Shown: positions 27,613-37,170 of the stretch, piece after piece
Layout of the letters: every line of letters begins with the position of its first letter
Position numbering within the stretch: position 1 is the stretch's first letter
Source of the DNA: Bacilli bacterium
Lineage (GTDB): Bacteria > Bacillota_I > Bacilli_A > RFN20 > CAG-826
DNA: 64,000 nt
Direction of reading: 5' to 3'
Assembly (NCBI GenBank): GCA_045615665.1
Contig: JAZLFJ010000053.1
Span: forward strand, 89,531-153,530
Notes under the pieces: model-generated
Databases searched by the model: none
What the model saw: the letters and a program-made list of their open reading frames with translations, nothing else
Told to the model about the DNA's origin: nothing
Program-made: the position numbers and the translations under genes

Positions 27613-29421
27613 TTATTTCGAGCTTTTTATTTTCATTCGGTCTAAGTAGGTCGCTACAATACGCGCTTGCTCCTGAGGCGTTTTCCCCTCTAACGCCTTT
27701 TGGAGATTTGTCTTGTCGTGTATATGAGACCTTTCCGATAAAATTACTTTGTAATAATCTTCTAATAACGTCGGAGAATAGGTTTCACTTTTCGCAAACG
27801 CTATCGAAGATACGGTCTTAATAAGCTGATCATTATTTGGTAATTCAGATGTTTGAATATCGTTGATGATATCGCTTGTTGATATAGATTCGTCTTTGTC
27901 CTTTCTTTCGATTAAGAAATTGGCAATTTGACGGTAATTTTCATCATTAAAATATTTTATATTTTTCTCATAGAATTCGATCGCTTGCTTATCGAGGAAC
28001 ATTTGTTTTAAAACTGAAAATTCCGCTAAAGCGAGTCGACGATATTGTTTTGAAACTTTTCCGACATCGATCGTTGATTCGATTTCAAGATTGACGTTGT
28101 AATCTGGCTCATTTCGATTTTGGCGTGTCGTATACTCTTTGAGTAAATTGCGAATTGCCTGAGCCGAAAAATTTGTTGCCTGCTCAAGTTTATAGATATA
28201 ATCATCCTTCTCTAATTGAGTTTTTAAAGAAGCTAAGGCTGGCAAAAAGTGAATAATCACTTTCTTTCTATTCTCGACCGTTTCTAAATGTGAAACATTG
28301 CGGTAATAGTTGATTGCGAAGTTAAATGGATCCACTAATGAGTTGACAAAAGTTTCTAACTTTTCTTCGCCATCTTGTTTTAATATTTCGTCTGGATCAC
28401 GAACTTCTTGAGGAACGCTAACTAGCCTATAAGGAAGCTTAGCTTCATCAAGTTGAGACATTATTTTCATCATCGCGGTTTGACCTGGATTATCGCCATC
28501 GAGGCACAATCTAATTTCCACGCCAAGAGCTCTAAGCATTTCGATATGTCTACTTGTCAACTTAGTTGACATTAAAGCAACACAGCTCGTTATGCCGATG
28601 CTATCTAAGGCAAAGACGTCCATAAAACCTTCCACCACATAAACATATCCATCATGTTTGGCGGTTTGTTTTGCTAAATGGTAATTGTACAAAACATTAC
28701 TTTTAGTAAAAGCCTTAGTTTCTGGAGAATTCACATATTTTGCAGAATCATCATCAACGATTCTACGCGCTGAAAAACCAACGACTTGTCCATTGTGATC
28801 TTTAATTGGGAAGATTAATCTACCGGCATTATTGTCATCGATGCCAGAAGTTTTCACTAAACCAATGCCAGTATTTTCGATAGTTTTCAATGAAAAACCT
28901 TTTTGTTGAAGGTATTTGATGACCATCTTACCATCTTTAAAAGCATAGCCTAATCCAAATTTGTCTCTTTGTTCGTTCGACAAATGTCGACCGTCTAAAT
29001 ATTTTCTTGCAATTTCACCTTCTTCAGTAGTTAATGCGTAAGCATAGAACTTTTGAATTTCGGTTAAGCAATTATAAATTGGGACTAAATTTTCATCGAC
29101 TTGTTTCACCACAATTTTGCTATGGAGACGTGGGTCATCGTAACCAATAATCTCGGCTACCTTCTTGATAGCGGCCATGAAGGAGCATTTTTCGTACTTT
29201 TGTACGAATGAAAAGACATCACCACCAGAATCGCAGACATAGCAACGGAACATTTGCTTTTCTTTATCGATTTGAAGTGATGGATCATGGTCATCATGAA
29301 ACGGGCACATAGCAACATACCTACGACCTTTTTTCTGAACTGAATTTAGATAATAGGAAATGACGTCGACTATGTCGGCCCTTTCTTTGATATCTCTAGC
29401 TAAATTTGAATCAATTGCCAT
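27613..29421 (-). CDS. dnaG: DNA primase
   Basis: Zinc finger CPFHDDHDPS and TOPRIM VVEGFMDV. Confidence 0.95.
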   Translation of the reverse strand: MAIDSNLARDIKERADIVDVISYYLNSVQKKGRRYVAMCPFHDDHDPSLQIDKEKQMFRCYVCDSGGDVFSFVQKYEKCSFMAAIKKVAEIIGYDDPRLHSKIVVKQVDENLVPIYNCLTEIQKFYAYALTTEEGEIARKYLDGRHLSNEQRDKFGLGYAFKDGKMVIKYLQQKGFSLKTIENTGIGLVKTSGIDDNNAGRLIFPIKDHNGQVVGFSARRIVDDDSAKYVNSPETKAFTKSNVLYNYHLAKQTAKHDGYVYVVEGFMDVFALDSIGITSCVALMSTKLTSRHIEMLRALGVEIRLCLDGDNPGQTAMMKIMSQLDEAKLPYRLVSVPQEVRDPDEILKQDGEEKLETFVNSLVDPFNFAINYYRNVSHLETVENRKKVIIHFLPALASLKTQLEKDDYIYKLEQATNFSAQAIRNLLKEYTTRQNRNEPDYNVNLEIESTIDVGKVSKQYRRLALAEFSVLKQMFLDKQAIEFYEKNIKYFNDENYRQIANFLIERKDKDESISTSDIINDIQTSELPNNDQLIKTVSSIAFAKSETYSPTLLEDYYKVILSERSHIHDKTNLQKALEGKTPQEQARIVATYLDRMKIKSSK

Positions 29422-29441
29422 ATATAACTTTGTTATAAAAA

Positions 29442-29458
29442 TACTAAATAACTACTAA
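29442..29458 (-). repeat. TTAGTAGTT-N2-TTAGTA dyad, copy D
   Basis: Minus strand reads ttagtagttatttagta. Same 11-bp register. Its first box contains the glyQS TAG stop. 20 nt before the dnaG ATG. Confidence 0.6.
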
Positions 29459-30828
29459 TTATTGTCTAACTTCTCTTGAAGGAAATCTTTAACTTTTTCA
29501 ATAGGAATTCGAACTTGTTCCATCGTGTCTCTATCACGGATTGTCACACAGTTATCCTTCTCAATGGTTTCGAAGTCTACTGTTATACAGTATGGTGTAC
29601 CGATAGCATCTTGACGGCGATATCTTTTACCAATTGAAGCTGTTTCATCGTAAGCAATAGAGAAATGCTTACATAATTCAGCATGAATTTCTCTAGCTTT
29701 ATCGTTGAGGTTTTTACTTAAAGGTAAAACCGCCGCTAAATATGGAGCGAGTTTTGGAGCGAAATGCATGACAATGCGACTTTCTTTTTCAAGTTGTTCA
29801 ACATCATATGCTTCGCATGCGACCATGAGGAAGATTCTTTCCACACCCATCGATGGTTCGATGCAATATGGAACATATTTGGTGTTTGTTTCTTGCTCTA
29901 AATATTCAAGCGATTCACCACTAGCTTCCATATGGCGTTTTAAGTCGTAATCTGTTCTATCGGCTACGCCGAGAATTTCGCCCCAACCAAATGGGAATTT
30001 GTATTCGACGTCACAGGTAGCCTTAGAATAGAAAGCAAGTTCTTCTGGTTCGTGATCACGATAACGGAGATTCTTTTCCGATATATTTAAAGATTCCAAG
30101 AACTTTAAAGAATATTCTTTCCAGTATTTAAACCATTCTAAATCGGTTCCTGGTTTACAGAAGAATTCCATTTCCATTTGTTCGAATTCTCGAACACGGA
30201 AAATAAAATTACCCGGAGTAATCTCGTTACGGAACGATTTACCAATCGCACAGATACCAAATGGGATTTTTCTACGAGATGTTCTCTGAACATTTTTGAA
30301 GTTAACAAACATGCCTTGAGCGGTCTCGGGTCTTAAATAGACGAGCGATTCGCTAGCCTCGGTTACACCAATATGGGTTCTAAACATCATATTAAATTGA
30401 CGAATGTCGGTAAAATTCGATTTGCCACAAACAGGACATTTAACTTTATTATCTTTGATAAATTGAATCATTTGATCTTGGTTCATACCGTGAACGTCGA
30501 CTTCTGGGAACTGTTCCTCAATTAAGTTATCGGCTCTATGACGAGCTTTGCATTCTTTGCAGTCGATTAAAGGATCGGAGAAAGTTGCAACGTGTCCAGT
30601 TGCTTTCCAGACATTTGGATTCATTAAGATTGCGGCATCGATTCCAACATTTGTTGGACTTTCTTGAACAAACTTCTTCCACCACAATTTCTTTATATTG
30701 TTTTTAAGTTCCACACCTAAAGGACCAAAGTCCCATGAATTAGAAAGCCCACCATAGATTTCAGAATCTTGGTAGACGAAACCGCTTGTAATCAAGTGAT
30801 TTACAATTTCATCAAATTTCTTTTCCAT
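29455..30828 (-). CDS. glyQS: Glycine--tRNA ligase (homodimeric type)
   Basis: 457-aa class II aaRS. Upstream GAGGT RBS. Confidence 0.95.
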   Translation of the reverse strand: MEKKFDEIVNHLITSGFVYQDSEIYGGLSNSWDFGPLGVELKNNIKKLWWKKFVQESPTNVGIDAAILMNPNVWKATGHVATFSDPLIDCKECKARHRADNLIEEQFPEVDVHGMNQDQMIQFIKDNKVKCPVCGKSNFTDIRQFNMMFRTHIGVTEASESLVYLRPETAQGMFVNFKNVQRTSRRKIPFGICAIGKSFRNEITPGNFIFRVREFEQMEMEFFCKPGTDLEWFKYWKEYSLKFLESLNISEKNLRYRDHEPEELAFYSKATCDVEYKFPFGWGEILGVADRTDYDLKRHMEASGESLEYLEQETNTKYVPYCIEPSMGVERIFLMVACEAYDVEQLEKESRIVMHFAPKLAPYLAAVLPLSKNLNDKAREIHAELCKHFSIAYDETASIGKRYRRQDAIGTPYCITVDFETIEKDNCVTIRDRDTMEQVRIPIEKVKDFLQEKLDNN

Positions 30829-30903
30829 TTTTGTAACCTCATTAAAATGACCGCTATATTTTGGTGTTCTAACGTAATTTTGTCAACCTATTATAAGTGT
30901 AGT

Positions 30904-31620
30904 TTAGATTTTTTTCAATAATTCAATTGATTTTAAATTCAATTGTGCAATGTCACCAATAAATTTAGATAGTTCGTTAATTAAGACTAAACAATCTTCT
31001 TTTGGAAAATCAACTTTGTTAAAGTTATCAACATCAACTTTGAAGATGTAACGAATCATCTTTAACTTATTAACATCCCATTTTGCGTGTTTTAAGGGGC
31101 TAAAGCAATCGCGGCAGATAAATCCTCCATCCTTATAGGAAAGAGCGACCATTTGGTCTTTTTTACCGCAAATTTGACATGAATCAACATTGAGCGAATA
31201 ACCAGATACCATCAATACTCTAGCAAAATAGATTAAAGCAACGGTAAAAGGAGAGAATCCCTTGTCGAGTAAGGTGAGTGATCTTTCTAAGAAAGGATAT
31301 ATCTCCGGCGCATCGTCTGATTGAATAAGTTTGTTAGTTAATTCGCCAAGAAAATCTTCCACCGCCAAACAATCAATATTGGTTTTTACGTTTTGAAAAC
31401 TATCAAGAATTTCACCATTACGCAAAGCGTATCCTTCTTTTCCTCTCATTAGTTGAAAGCGTGATTTGGTGTAAATATTGACCGATGGTCCTGATTTAGA
31501 TTCGTATTTAAGAGCACCTCTAGCCAAAAAAGAGCGAATCTTATCATTAGATAAAACCGTGACCATAGCGTCATGATCACGGAAAGGTGTTAGTCGAATG
31601 ACAATACCTTCAAATTCCAT
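30904..31620 (-). CDS. recO: DNA repair protein RecO
   Basis: 238 aa with an OB fold plus the CxxC..CxxC zinc motif (CQICGK..CRDC). Follows era. Confidence 0.85.
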   Translation of the reverse strand: MEFEGIVIRLTPFRDHDAMVTVLSNDKIRSFLARGALKYESKSGPSVNIYTKSRFQLMRGKEGYALRNGEILDSFQNVKTNIDCLAVEDFLGELTNKLIQSDDAPEIYPFLERSLTLLDKGFSPFTVALIYFARVLMVSGYSLNVDSCQICGKKDQMVALSYKDGGFICRDCFSPLKHAKWDVNKLKMIRYIFKVDVDNFNKVDFPKEDCLVLINELSKFIGDIAQLNLKSIELLKKI

Positions 31621-32492
31621 TATTTATAACCTAATTCTTTTAGAATTCTTGGATTATTAAGCCAGTCTTCTTTAACGGAGACAAACAGTTCCAAGAAAAT
31701 GTGCTTTTGAAAATATTCTTCTAGTTCTTTCCTTGCTCTAATGCCAATCGCTTTGATGCGTTTGCCTTCCTTACCGATGACGATGCCTTTGTGAGAATCT
31801 TTATCTACGATAATTGTAGCGCGAATCATCACGGATTCACTTTTATGTTTTATTTCATCGACTCTCACCGCTAAATTATGAGGAACCTCTTCCTTTAAAA
31901 GTTTCAATAACTTTTCTCTAATAACTTCTGAAACGAAGAAACTGCTATCTTTATCAGTTAAAGCATCTGCTTCAAAATAACGAGGCCCTTCTTTGATGAC
32001 TGATTTGATTTCATCAAGCAATGTATCTAATCCAAAATTTTCAATTGCGGACATTTCGAGTATCTTAGCTTTCGGATAAAGCTCTTGATACTCTGATTTG
32101 ATCTTTTGAGCTTGGTCGATGCGAACTAAATCAATTTTATTGATTACAACGTAAGTTGGAATATTTTTAGAAAGCGATTCGTGGATGAACATATCTCCTT
32201 CATCAACTTTACGAGAAGCGTCCACCACCAAAACTATGGCATCGACATCTTTAGCAGATTCTAAAGCATCACGGTTCATTATCTTTCCAAGAGAATGATG
32301 TGCCTTATGAATCCCTGGAGTGTCTATAAAGACAATTTGGTATTCTCCATCATCATAGATTCCTTTTATGGAGTTGCGAGTTGTTTGGGCTTTGTCAGTG
32401 ACAATCGAAATCTTTCGCTCTAAAAGAGCGTTTAAAATTGTGGACTTGCCAACATTTGGTCTACCGATTATTGAAACAAAGCCACTTTTCAT
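31620..32492 (-). CDS. era: GTPase Era
   Basis: GRPNVGKST, DTPGIH and NKIDL motifs, with a KH domain. Confidence 0.95.
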   Translation of the reverse strand: MKSGFVSIIGRPNVGKSTILNALLERKISIVTDKAQTTRNSIKGIYDDGEYQIVFIDTPGIHKAHHSLGKIMNRDALESAKDVDAIVLVVDASRKVDEGDMFIHESLSKNIPTYVVINKIDLVRIDQAQKIKSEYQELYPKAKILEMSAIENFGLDTLLDEIKSVIKEGPRYFEADALTDKDSSFFVSEVIREKLLKLLKEEVPHNLAVRVDEIKHKSESVMIRATIIVDKDSHKGIVIGKEGKRIKAIGIRARKELEEYFQKHIFLELFVSVKEDWLNNPRILKELGYK

Positions 32493-32893
32493 TATTTTAA
32501 AGCGTCTTCGGAGAAGGCGAATGGTAATAGTTCTTCAACATCAGTTGCTTGAACATCACCTTTGAGATTTGACATATAAATAGGAGCCTTCTTTGGGAAA
32601 AGCTCGGACAAAACTTGTCTACATGCTCCGCATGGCGAACATGGTTCATCTGTATCAGCAGATAGAGCCATCGCCACAAAATCTTCTTTTTTCTTGCCGT
32701 GAAGATAGGCATTATATAGCGCGTTTCTCTCGGCGCACATGCAAAGTGGATAACTGGAGTTTTCGATATTAGCACCGACGAAAACTGTTCCATCTTTACA
32801 AAGCAAGGCTGCACCAACAGCGAAGTGGGAGTATGGTGAATAAGATAACTTACGAGCTTCCACTGCTTTAGCAATTAATTCTTTTGATTCCAT
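32492..32893 (-). CDS. cdd: Cytidine deaminase
   Basis: CAERNA and PCGACRQ zinc motifs. Confidence 0.9.
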   Translation of the reverse strand: MESKELIAKAVEARKLSYSPYSHFAVGAALLCKDGTVFVGANIENSSYPLCMCAERNALYNAYLHGKKKEDFVAMALSADTDEPCSPCGACRQVLSELFPKKAPIYMSNLKGDVQATDVEELLPFAFSEDALK

Positions 32894-33342
32894 TATTTTA
32901 GTCCTCCTAGAATTTCATCTTGTAGTTTGAACATGACGACTTCTTGTTCTTTACTCATATGATCGTATCCGAGCAAATGAAGCATGCCGTGAACGAATAA
33001 GAACGACATTTCTCTTAAAAGAGAATGGCCATATTCTTTAGCCTGAGCCTCTGCTCTTTCATATGAAATAATAATTTCACCAAGACAGATGGGAGAGCCA
33101 TCTTTTTGAGGAACCTCATTCTTATCATCAAGAAAAGCAAAGCTTATCACATCGGTTGGCCTATCAACTTTACGATATTCGCGGTTAACTTCGTGAATCT
33201 CTTCGTCATTAACAATAGTAACGTCAGTGAAATAGTTACCAGCGAGGCCTAAATGTGAAAATACTTTTTCGTATAAATCACGATATGTTGCTTCATAAGC
33301 ATCATAAGATGCTGGTCCTCGATTGATAAAGTCTAATTCCAT
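32893..33342 (-). CDS. ybeY: rRNA maturation endoribonuclease YbeY
   Basis: HGMLHLLGYDH metal-binding motif. Confidence 0.9.
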   Translation of the reverse strand: MELDFINRGPASYDAYEATYRDLYEKVFSHLGLAGNYFTDVTIVNDEEIHEVNREYRKVDRPTDVISFAFLDDKNEVPQKDGSPICLGEIIISYERAEAQAKEYGHSLLREMSFLFVHGMLHLLGYDHMSKEQEVVMFKLQDEILGGLK

Positions 33343-33382
33343 AATCTTGGGTGTATATTATAACATCTTTTTTTAAAAATGC

Positions 33383-34555
33383 TTATAAATCACATCTGTC
33401 CAAAAATCTGGATCTTTTTATTTTTCTTTCTCGGAAGTTAGAGAAATAGCGAATTAAATGTCCGAACGCCTCACTCATTAAGAAATATATTCCAAAATGG
33501 AATATGATGAAATTTGTCGAAGTCATATTGTTAACGATCATCATTCCTAAAGAGAGACATAAACTAACAAAAATATAAAAAACTTTCTTTAAAGAACCAG
33601 TTAACGCTACCTTCCCTGCTAGTGAATTTGCTTTCTTCAAAGAAGCGGTCAAAGTCGATGGAGAATCAAAGGCGGTCTTTTCAATGTCATCAACTTCTTT
33701 AGTCTCTTGCTTTTCTTTCTTTGAAAGTAGCTTGGCATCTAGCACTTTAACTAATAACAAAATCAGAAATACCAATAGATTGCGGTAATCATTCACGCAT
33801 AATAGTGTAGCGAAAACGATAATCATCACCAAATTTGAGATTAAAGTCTTAAAACTGATGAAGTAATTGCATTTGTAATCTACGTAGGAGCGATACGCCT
33901 CGATATTTTGATTACTTTTTTGGGAGAAGAAAATGTCAATATATTGTCTATCAAAGAAATACAATTCTTTGACAATGTACCAATTTTCTACTAATTCTGC
34001 TAAAGCAAACAAAAGCAGGAACCCCATCGTCAAGATGATGCTGGAGTCATCTTTTATCAAGTAAAATCCTGTCAATAAGGATGCGAATACAATGCTTAAG
34101 ATTCCATAATAGATTAAATCCATCCAGATTGGTAAGAGTTTGATTTTATTTGCTTTACATCCTTTAGCGTCCTTTGTATTAACGCATTCGAGAACTTGAC
34201 CGCTCCACCGTTTCATAAATTCATCATGTGAGACCCTTACTTTACCGATGTTAGGATCGATGTAGGTCACGCTGAATTTACTTACTCGTTTTAAATAAAC
34301 GAGATGATTTGGTTTGATCATCACAAGTGTCCCTAAAGGAATCTCCTTAAAATCGTCGATTGGCATCTCATAGGCCGAGAGCACGAAGCCATAATTCTTT
34401 GCGATGTACATCAAATCGTAAAATGTGTAATCCTTCTTCTTTGAAGGCTTTTTGAGATAGAGATATTTTTTATTATGTGTTTTGTTCGCTAAAAGCATCT
34501 TGAGAGAAGCAAAGCCACAATCTCTATCATTTCCTTGGTAACAAACGTATGTCAT
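33383..34555 (-). CDS. C39 (double-glycine) peptidase domain fused to a polytopic membrane domain, with no ABC ATPase
   Basis: QGNDRDCGFASL (Gln7, Cys13), KPNHLVYL (His84) and YIDPNIG (Asp100), then 5-6 hydrophobic helices. GGAGG RBS. Confidence 0.7.
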   Translation of the reverse strand: MTYVCYQGNDRDCGFASLKMLLANKTHNKKYLYLKKPSKKKDYTFYDLMYIAKNYGFVLSAYEMPIDDFKEIPLGTLVMIKPNHLVYLKRVSKFSVTYIDPNIGKVRVSHDEFMKRWSGQVLECVNTKDAKGCKANKIKLLPIWMDLIYYGILSIVFASLLTGFYLIKDDSSIILTMGFLLLFALAELVENWYIVKELYFFDRQYIDIFFSQKSNQNIEAYRSYVDYKCNYFISFKTLISNLVMIIVFATLLCVNDYRNLLVFLILLLVKVLDAKLLSKKEKQETKEVDDIEKTAFDSPSTLTASLKKANSLAGKVALTGSLKKVFYIFVSLCLSLGMMIVNNMTSTNFIIFHFGIYFLMSEAFGHLIRYFSNFRERKIKRSRFLDRCDL

Positions 34556-34568
34556 AGTTTTTCCTCCA

Positions 34569-34608
34569 TAAACTTATTACTGAGAAAAAACGAAAAAAAT
34601 GCGAAAAA
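34569..34608 (-). promoter_or_regulatory. Bipartite motif copy 1 (upstream of the C39-membrane gene)
   Basis: Minus strand reads TTTTTCGCA-N15-CTCAGTAATAAGTTTA. Lies between the rpsU terminator and a GGAGG RBS. Confidence 0.5.
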
Positions 34609-34635
34609 CTTTTTTAATACATAGTATTACTTTTT

Positions 34636-34667
34636 TATAAGAAAAGGCCACCAGCATTTGGTGACCT
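34636..34667 (-). terminator. rpsU terminator
   Basis: AGGUCACCA..UGGUGGCCU stem plus a U-rich tail. Confidence 0.7.
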
Positions 34668-34673
34668 TATTTC

Positions 34674-34847
34674 TTAATAGGATTTACGACGAGCCATCTC
34701 GCTTTTCATTTTGCGTTTGAGGCCTTTTTTCAAATAGAATTCTCTTTTACGTGCTTCAAGGAGGACGCCTGATTTATTAACAGAGCGTTTAAAGCGACGA
34801 AGAGCTTCGTCTAATTGTTCATTTTCACGAACGACAACTTTTGGCAT
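34674..34847 (-). CDS. rpsU: 30S ribosomal protein S21
   Basis: Not in the ORF track (57 aa). Hand translation gives [66 protein letters not shown]. Confidence 0.9.
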   Translation of the reverse strand: MPKVVVRENEQLDEALRRFKRSVNKSGVLLEARKREFYLKKGLKRKMKSEMARRKSY

Positions 34848-34883
34848 ATCTTTTCACCTCCCTTTTTACACGAATAGTTTAAA

Positions 34884-35528
34884 CTATTTTCCTTCAACAA
34901 TTTGCACGCCACAAGAAGCACCGATGCGTGTTGCACCTGCTTCAATCATAGCGAGAGCTTCTTCACGTGAATGAATTCCACCGCTAGCTTTGACACCGAT
35001 CTTTGGGCCAACAGCTTTGCGCATGAGCTCAACAGCGTGTGTAGTTGCGCCGCCTTTAGAGAAACCGGTTGAGGTTTTCACATAATCAGCGCCGCCTCTA
35101 ACTGAAGCTTTTGAACATTCGATGATTTCATCATCGGTAAGTAAGCATGTTTCAAGAATTACCTTGAGTAAAACCTTACCACAAGCTTTCTTAACTAAAG
35201 CGACTTCTTTGGCAATGTAGTCATAATCATGCTCCTTTGCCATTGAATCATTTAAGACCATATCTACTTCGGTTGCACCATTCTCGATAGCAAGTTTAGC
35301 TTCATAAGCTTTGCTTTCTGGAAGGGTTGCACCTAATGGGAAACCGACAACTGTGCAAACTTTAACTTCGGTGCCTTTTAATAATTTAGCAGCGAGTGGA
35401 ACGAATCCTGGGTTAACGCACACTGACGCGAATTTGTATTGTTTAGCTTCCTCACATAATTTCTTAATTGCTTCAATAGAAGCATCTTGTTTAAGAAGCG
35501 TATGATCAATCATTCTGTTAATTTCCAT
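34884..35528 (-). CDS. deoC: Deoxyribose-phosphate aldolase
   Basis: MIDHTLLK N-terminus and Schiff-base lysine context VKASGGI. Confidence 0.9.
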   Translation of the reverse strand: MEINRMIDHTLLKQDASIEAIKKLCEEAKQYKFASVCVNPGFVPLAAKLLKGTEVKVCTVVGFPLGATLPESKAYEAKLAIENGATEVDMVLNDSMAKEHDYDYIAKEVALVKKACGKVLLKVILETCLLTDDEIIECSKASVRGGADYVKTSTGFSKGGATTHAVELMRKAVGPKIGVKASGGIHSREEALAMIEAGATRIGASCGVQIVEGK

Positions 35529-35560
35529 TTTGTTTACCTCGTAGAATTATTGTATCACAA

Positions 35561-35827
35561 TTATTCAGCCTTCGCTTTTTCTTCTTTCTTGACTGCAGCC
35601 TTCTTGGCCGGAGCTTTTTTAACTGGCTTTACATCGACTGCCTTTTCTTGTTTGGTTCTAGTAACGACATCCTTGCCGCCATAGTAACCACATTTTGGAC
35701 AGACGTTGTGTGATTTAATTGTTGCCCCACAGTTTGGGCATTTAACTAATCCAGAAACCGATAATTTGAAATGAGTTCTTCTCATTCTTTTTGCGGTTTT
35801 GGATGTTCTTCTAAATGGAACTGCCAT
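35561..35827 (-). CDS. rpmF: 50S ribosomal protein L32 with a Lys/Ala-rich C-terminal extension
   Basis: [22 protein letters not shown] plus the CPNCG..CPKCG zinc ribbon. 88 aa, compared with about 59 aa in Bacillus. Confidence 0.85.
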   Translation of the reverse strand: MAVPFRRTSKTAKRMRRTHFKLSVSGLVKCPNCGATIKSHNVCPKCGYYGGKDVVTRTKQEKAVDVKPVKKAPAKKAAVKKEEKAKAE

Positions 35828-35928
35828 CTTTATAAGCCTCCTTTGGACTGCATATATTATATATGAACAGTAAACCTAATCAAACAAATTTAAAACAATG
35901 TTTAATATTTATATCAAAAGTTTAGATT

Positions 35929-37170
35929 TTATCGAACTTTTATTTTAACAATTTTACCAATAGATGATTCTGGAAGATTATCCTTAAGTAGTAAATAATT
36001 CGAAGAATGGCCCATCATTAGTCCAGTCTCTTTATCTTTTTCTTCAACGATAACTTCAAGTTCTTTGCCAATGAATTGTTTACGATAATTCTCTTTTAGT
36101 TTTTCACTTAATTCTAAAAGAATTTGAACTCGTTTAGATTTAATTTCAGGAGCAACTTGATCACTCATCGAATAAGCTGGAGTTCCTTCCCGAGCAGAAA
36201 ATGGAAAAACATGAAGCTCCGCAAAATTAACTTTCTTTATGAATTCAACTGTCTCTAAAAATTCTTCTTCACTTTCGCCAGGGAAACCCACTATTACATC
36301 AGTTGTAATTGCGATATCAGGACGAACTTCTCTAATACGATTAACTTTGTTAATAAAATCATCAACATTGTATTTTCTTCTCATTCTTTTTAAAACGGAA
36401 GGCGATCCACTTTGAAGCGGCATGTGCAAGTGATTAGCGATATTATCTTTGTCTTTTAAAAGTTCAATGAATTTATCATCGATTTCGCTTTCTTCTATCG
36501 AGCTTATTCGTAAGCGATATAGACCATCAATATCTAATAATTCTTCTATCAAAGAAGAAAATGAAACACCTTTATTATCTAAGCCATAATGAGCGGTATG
36601 GATTCCGGTGATGACAAATTCGAGGAAACCATGTTTGATTAGTTCTTTAATTTCGGAAACTATTTCTTCTTTGTCTCTACTTCTTGCTACCCCCCTTGTA
36701 TAAGGAATCGTGCAGTAAGAGCAAAAATTATTGCAGCCATCTTCCACTTTTATATACGCTCTTGTCGTATTAGGGATAGCAACACTATTAAATGACTCGT
36801 ATTCAAATTTACGAGTTTCATTTTCAACAGCGATTATCGGTTTTTTATCTCTGATAAACTTTTTAACTAATTCCACTAATTTAGGGCGGTTAGAGGTTCC
36901 AACTACAATATCGGCATGGCACTCATTAACGACATAATCGGCGTTCTTTTGGCTATAGCAACCCATCACACATAAAATTGCTTTTGGGTTCTTTCTTCTT
37001 TCACGGCGAATGATTTGACGTGATTTTTGATCTGCTATAGCGGTGACTGAACAAGTATTGATCACCACTATTTCATCGTCGTTAGAAAAACCATTATTTA
37101 AAAATAACTCCTTCAAAGCATTAGTTTCGTAGGAGTTAACTTTGCAGCCAAGAGAAATGAATTTAAGCAT
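35929..37170 (-). CDS. mtaB: tRNA methylthiotransferase (MtaB/YqeV-like radical SAM)
   Basis: MTTase N-domain, CNNFCSYCTIP radical-SAM motif and a TRAM end. Synteny with rsmE. Confidence 0.8.
   Translation of the reverse strand: MLKFISLGCKVNSYETNALKELFLNNGFSNDDEIVVINTCSVTAIADQKSRQIIRRERRKNPKAILCVMGCYSQKNADYVVNECHADIVVGTSNRPKLVELVKKFIRDKKPIIAVENETRKFEYESFNSVAIPNTTRAYIKVEDGCNNFCSYCTIPYTRGVARSRDKEEIVSEIKELIKHGFLEFVITGIHTAHYGLDNKGVSFSSLIEELLDIDGLYRLRISSIEESEIDDKFIELLKDKDNIANHLHMPLQSGSPSVLKRMRRKYNVDDFINKVNRIREVRPDIAITTDVIVGFPGESEEEFLETVEFIKKVNFAELHVFPFSAREGTPAYSMSDQVAPEIKSKRVQILLELSEKLKENYRKQFIGKELEVIVEEKDKETGLMMGHSSNYLLLKDNLPESSIGKIVKIKVR

Noticed and set aside
27354-27821. 155-aa plus-strand ORF. 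Many similar 60-130-aa ORFs lie antisense to or out of frame with conserved genes, for example 1095-1499, 32497-32874, 39292-39624, 42558-42866 and 43760-44053.
   Set aside because: They lie entirely within well-supported genes (sigA/dnaG, xseA, cdd, dnaJ, hrcA and others). They have low-complexity or Ser/Leu/Phe-rich translations and no RBS. They are shadow ORFs typical of AT-rich DNA.
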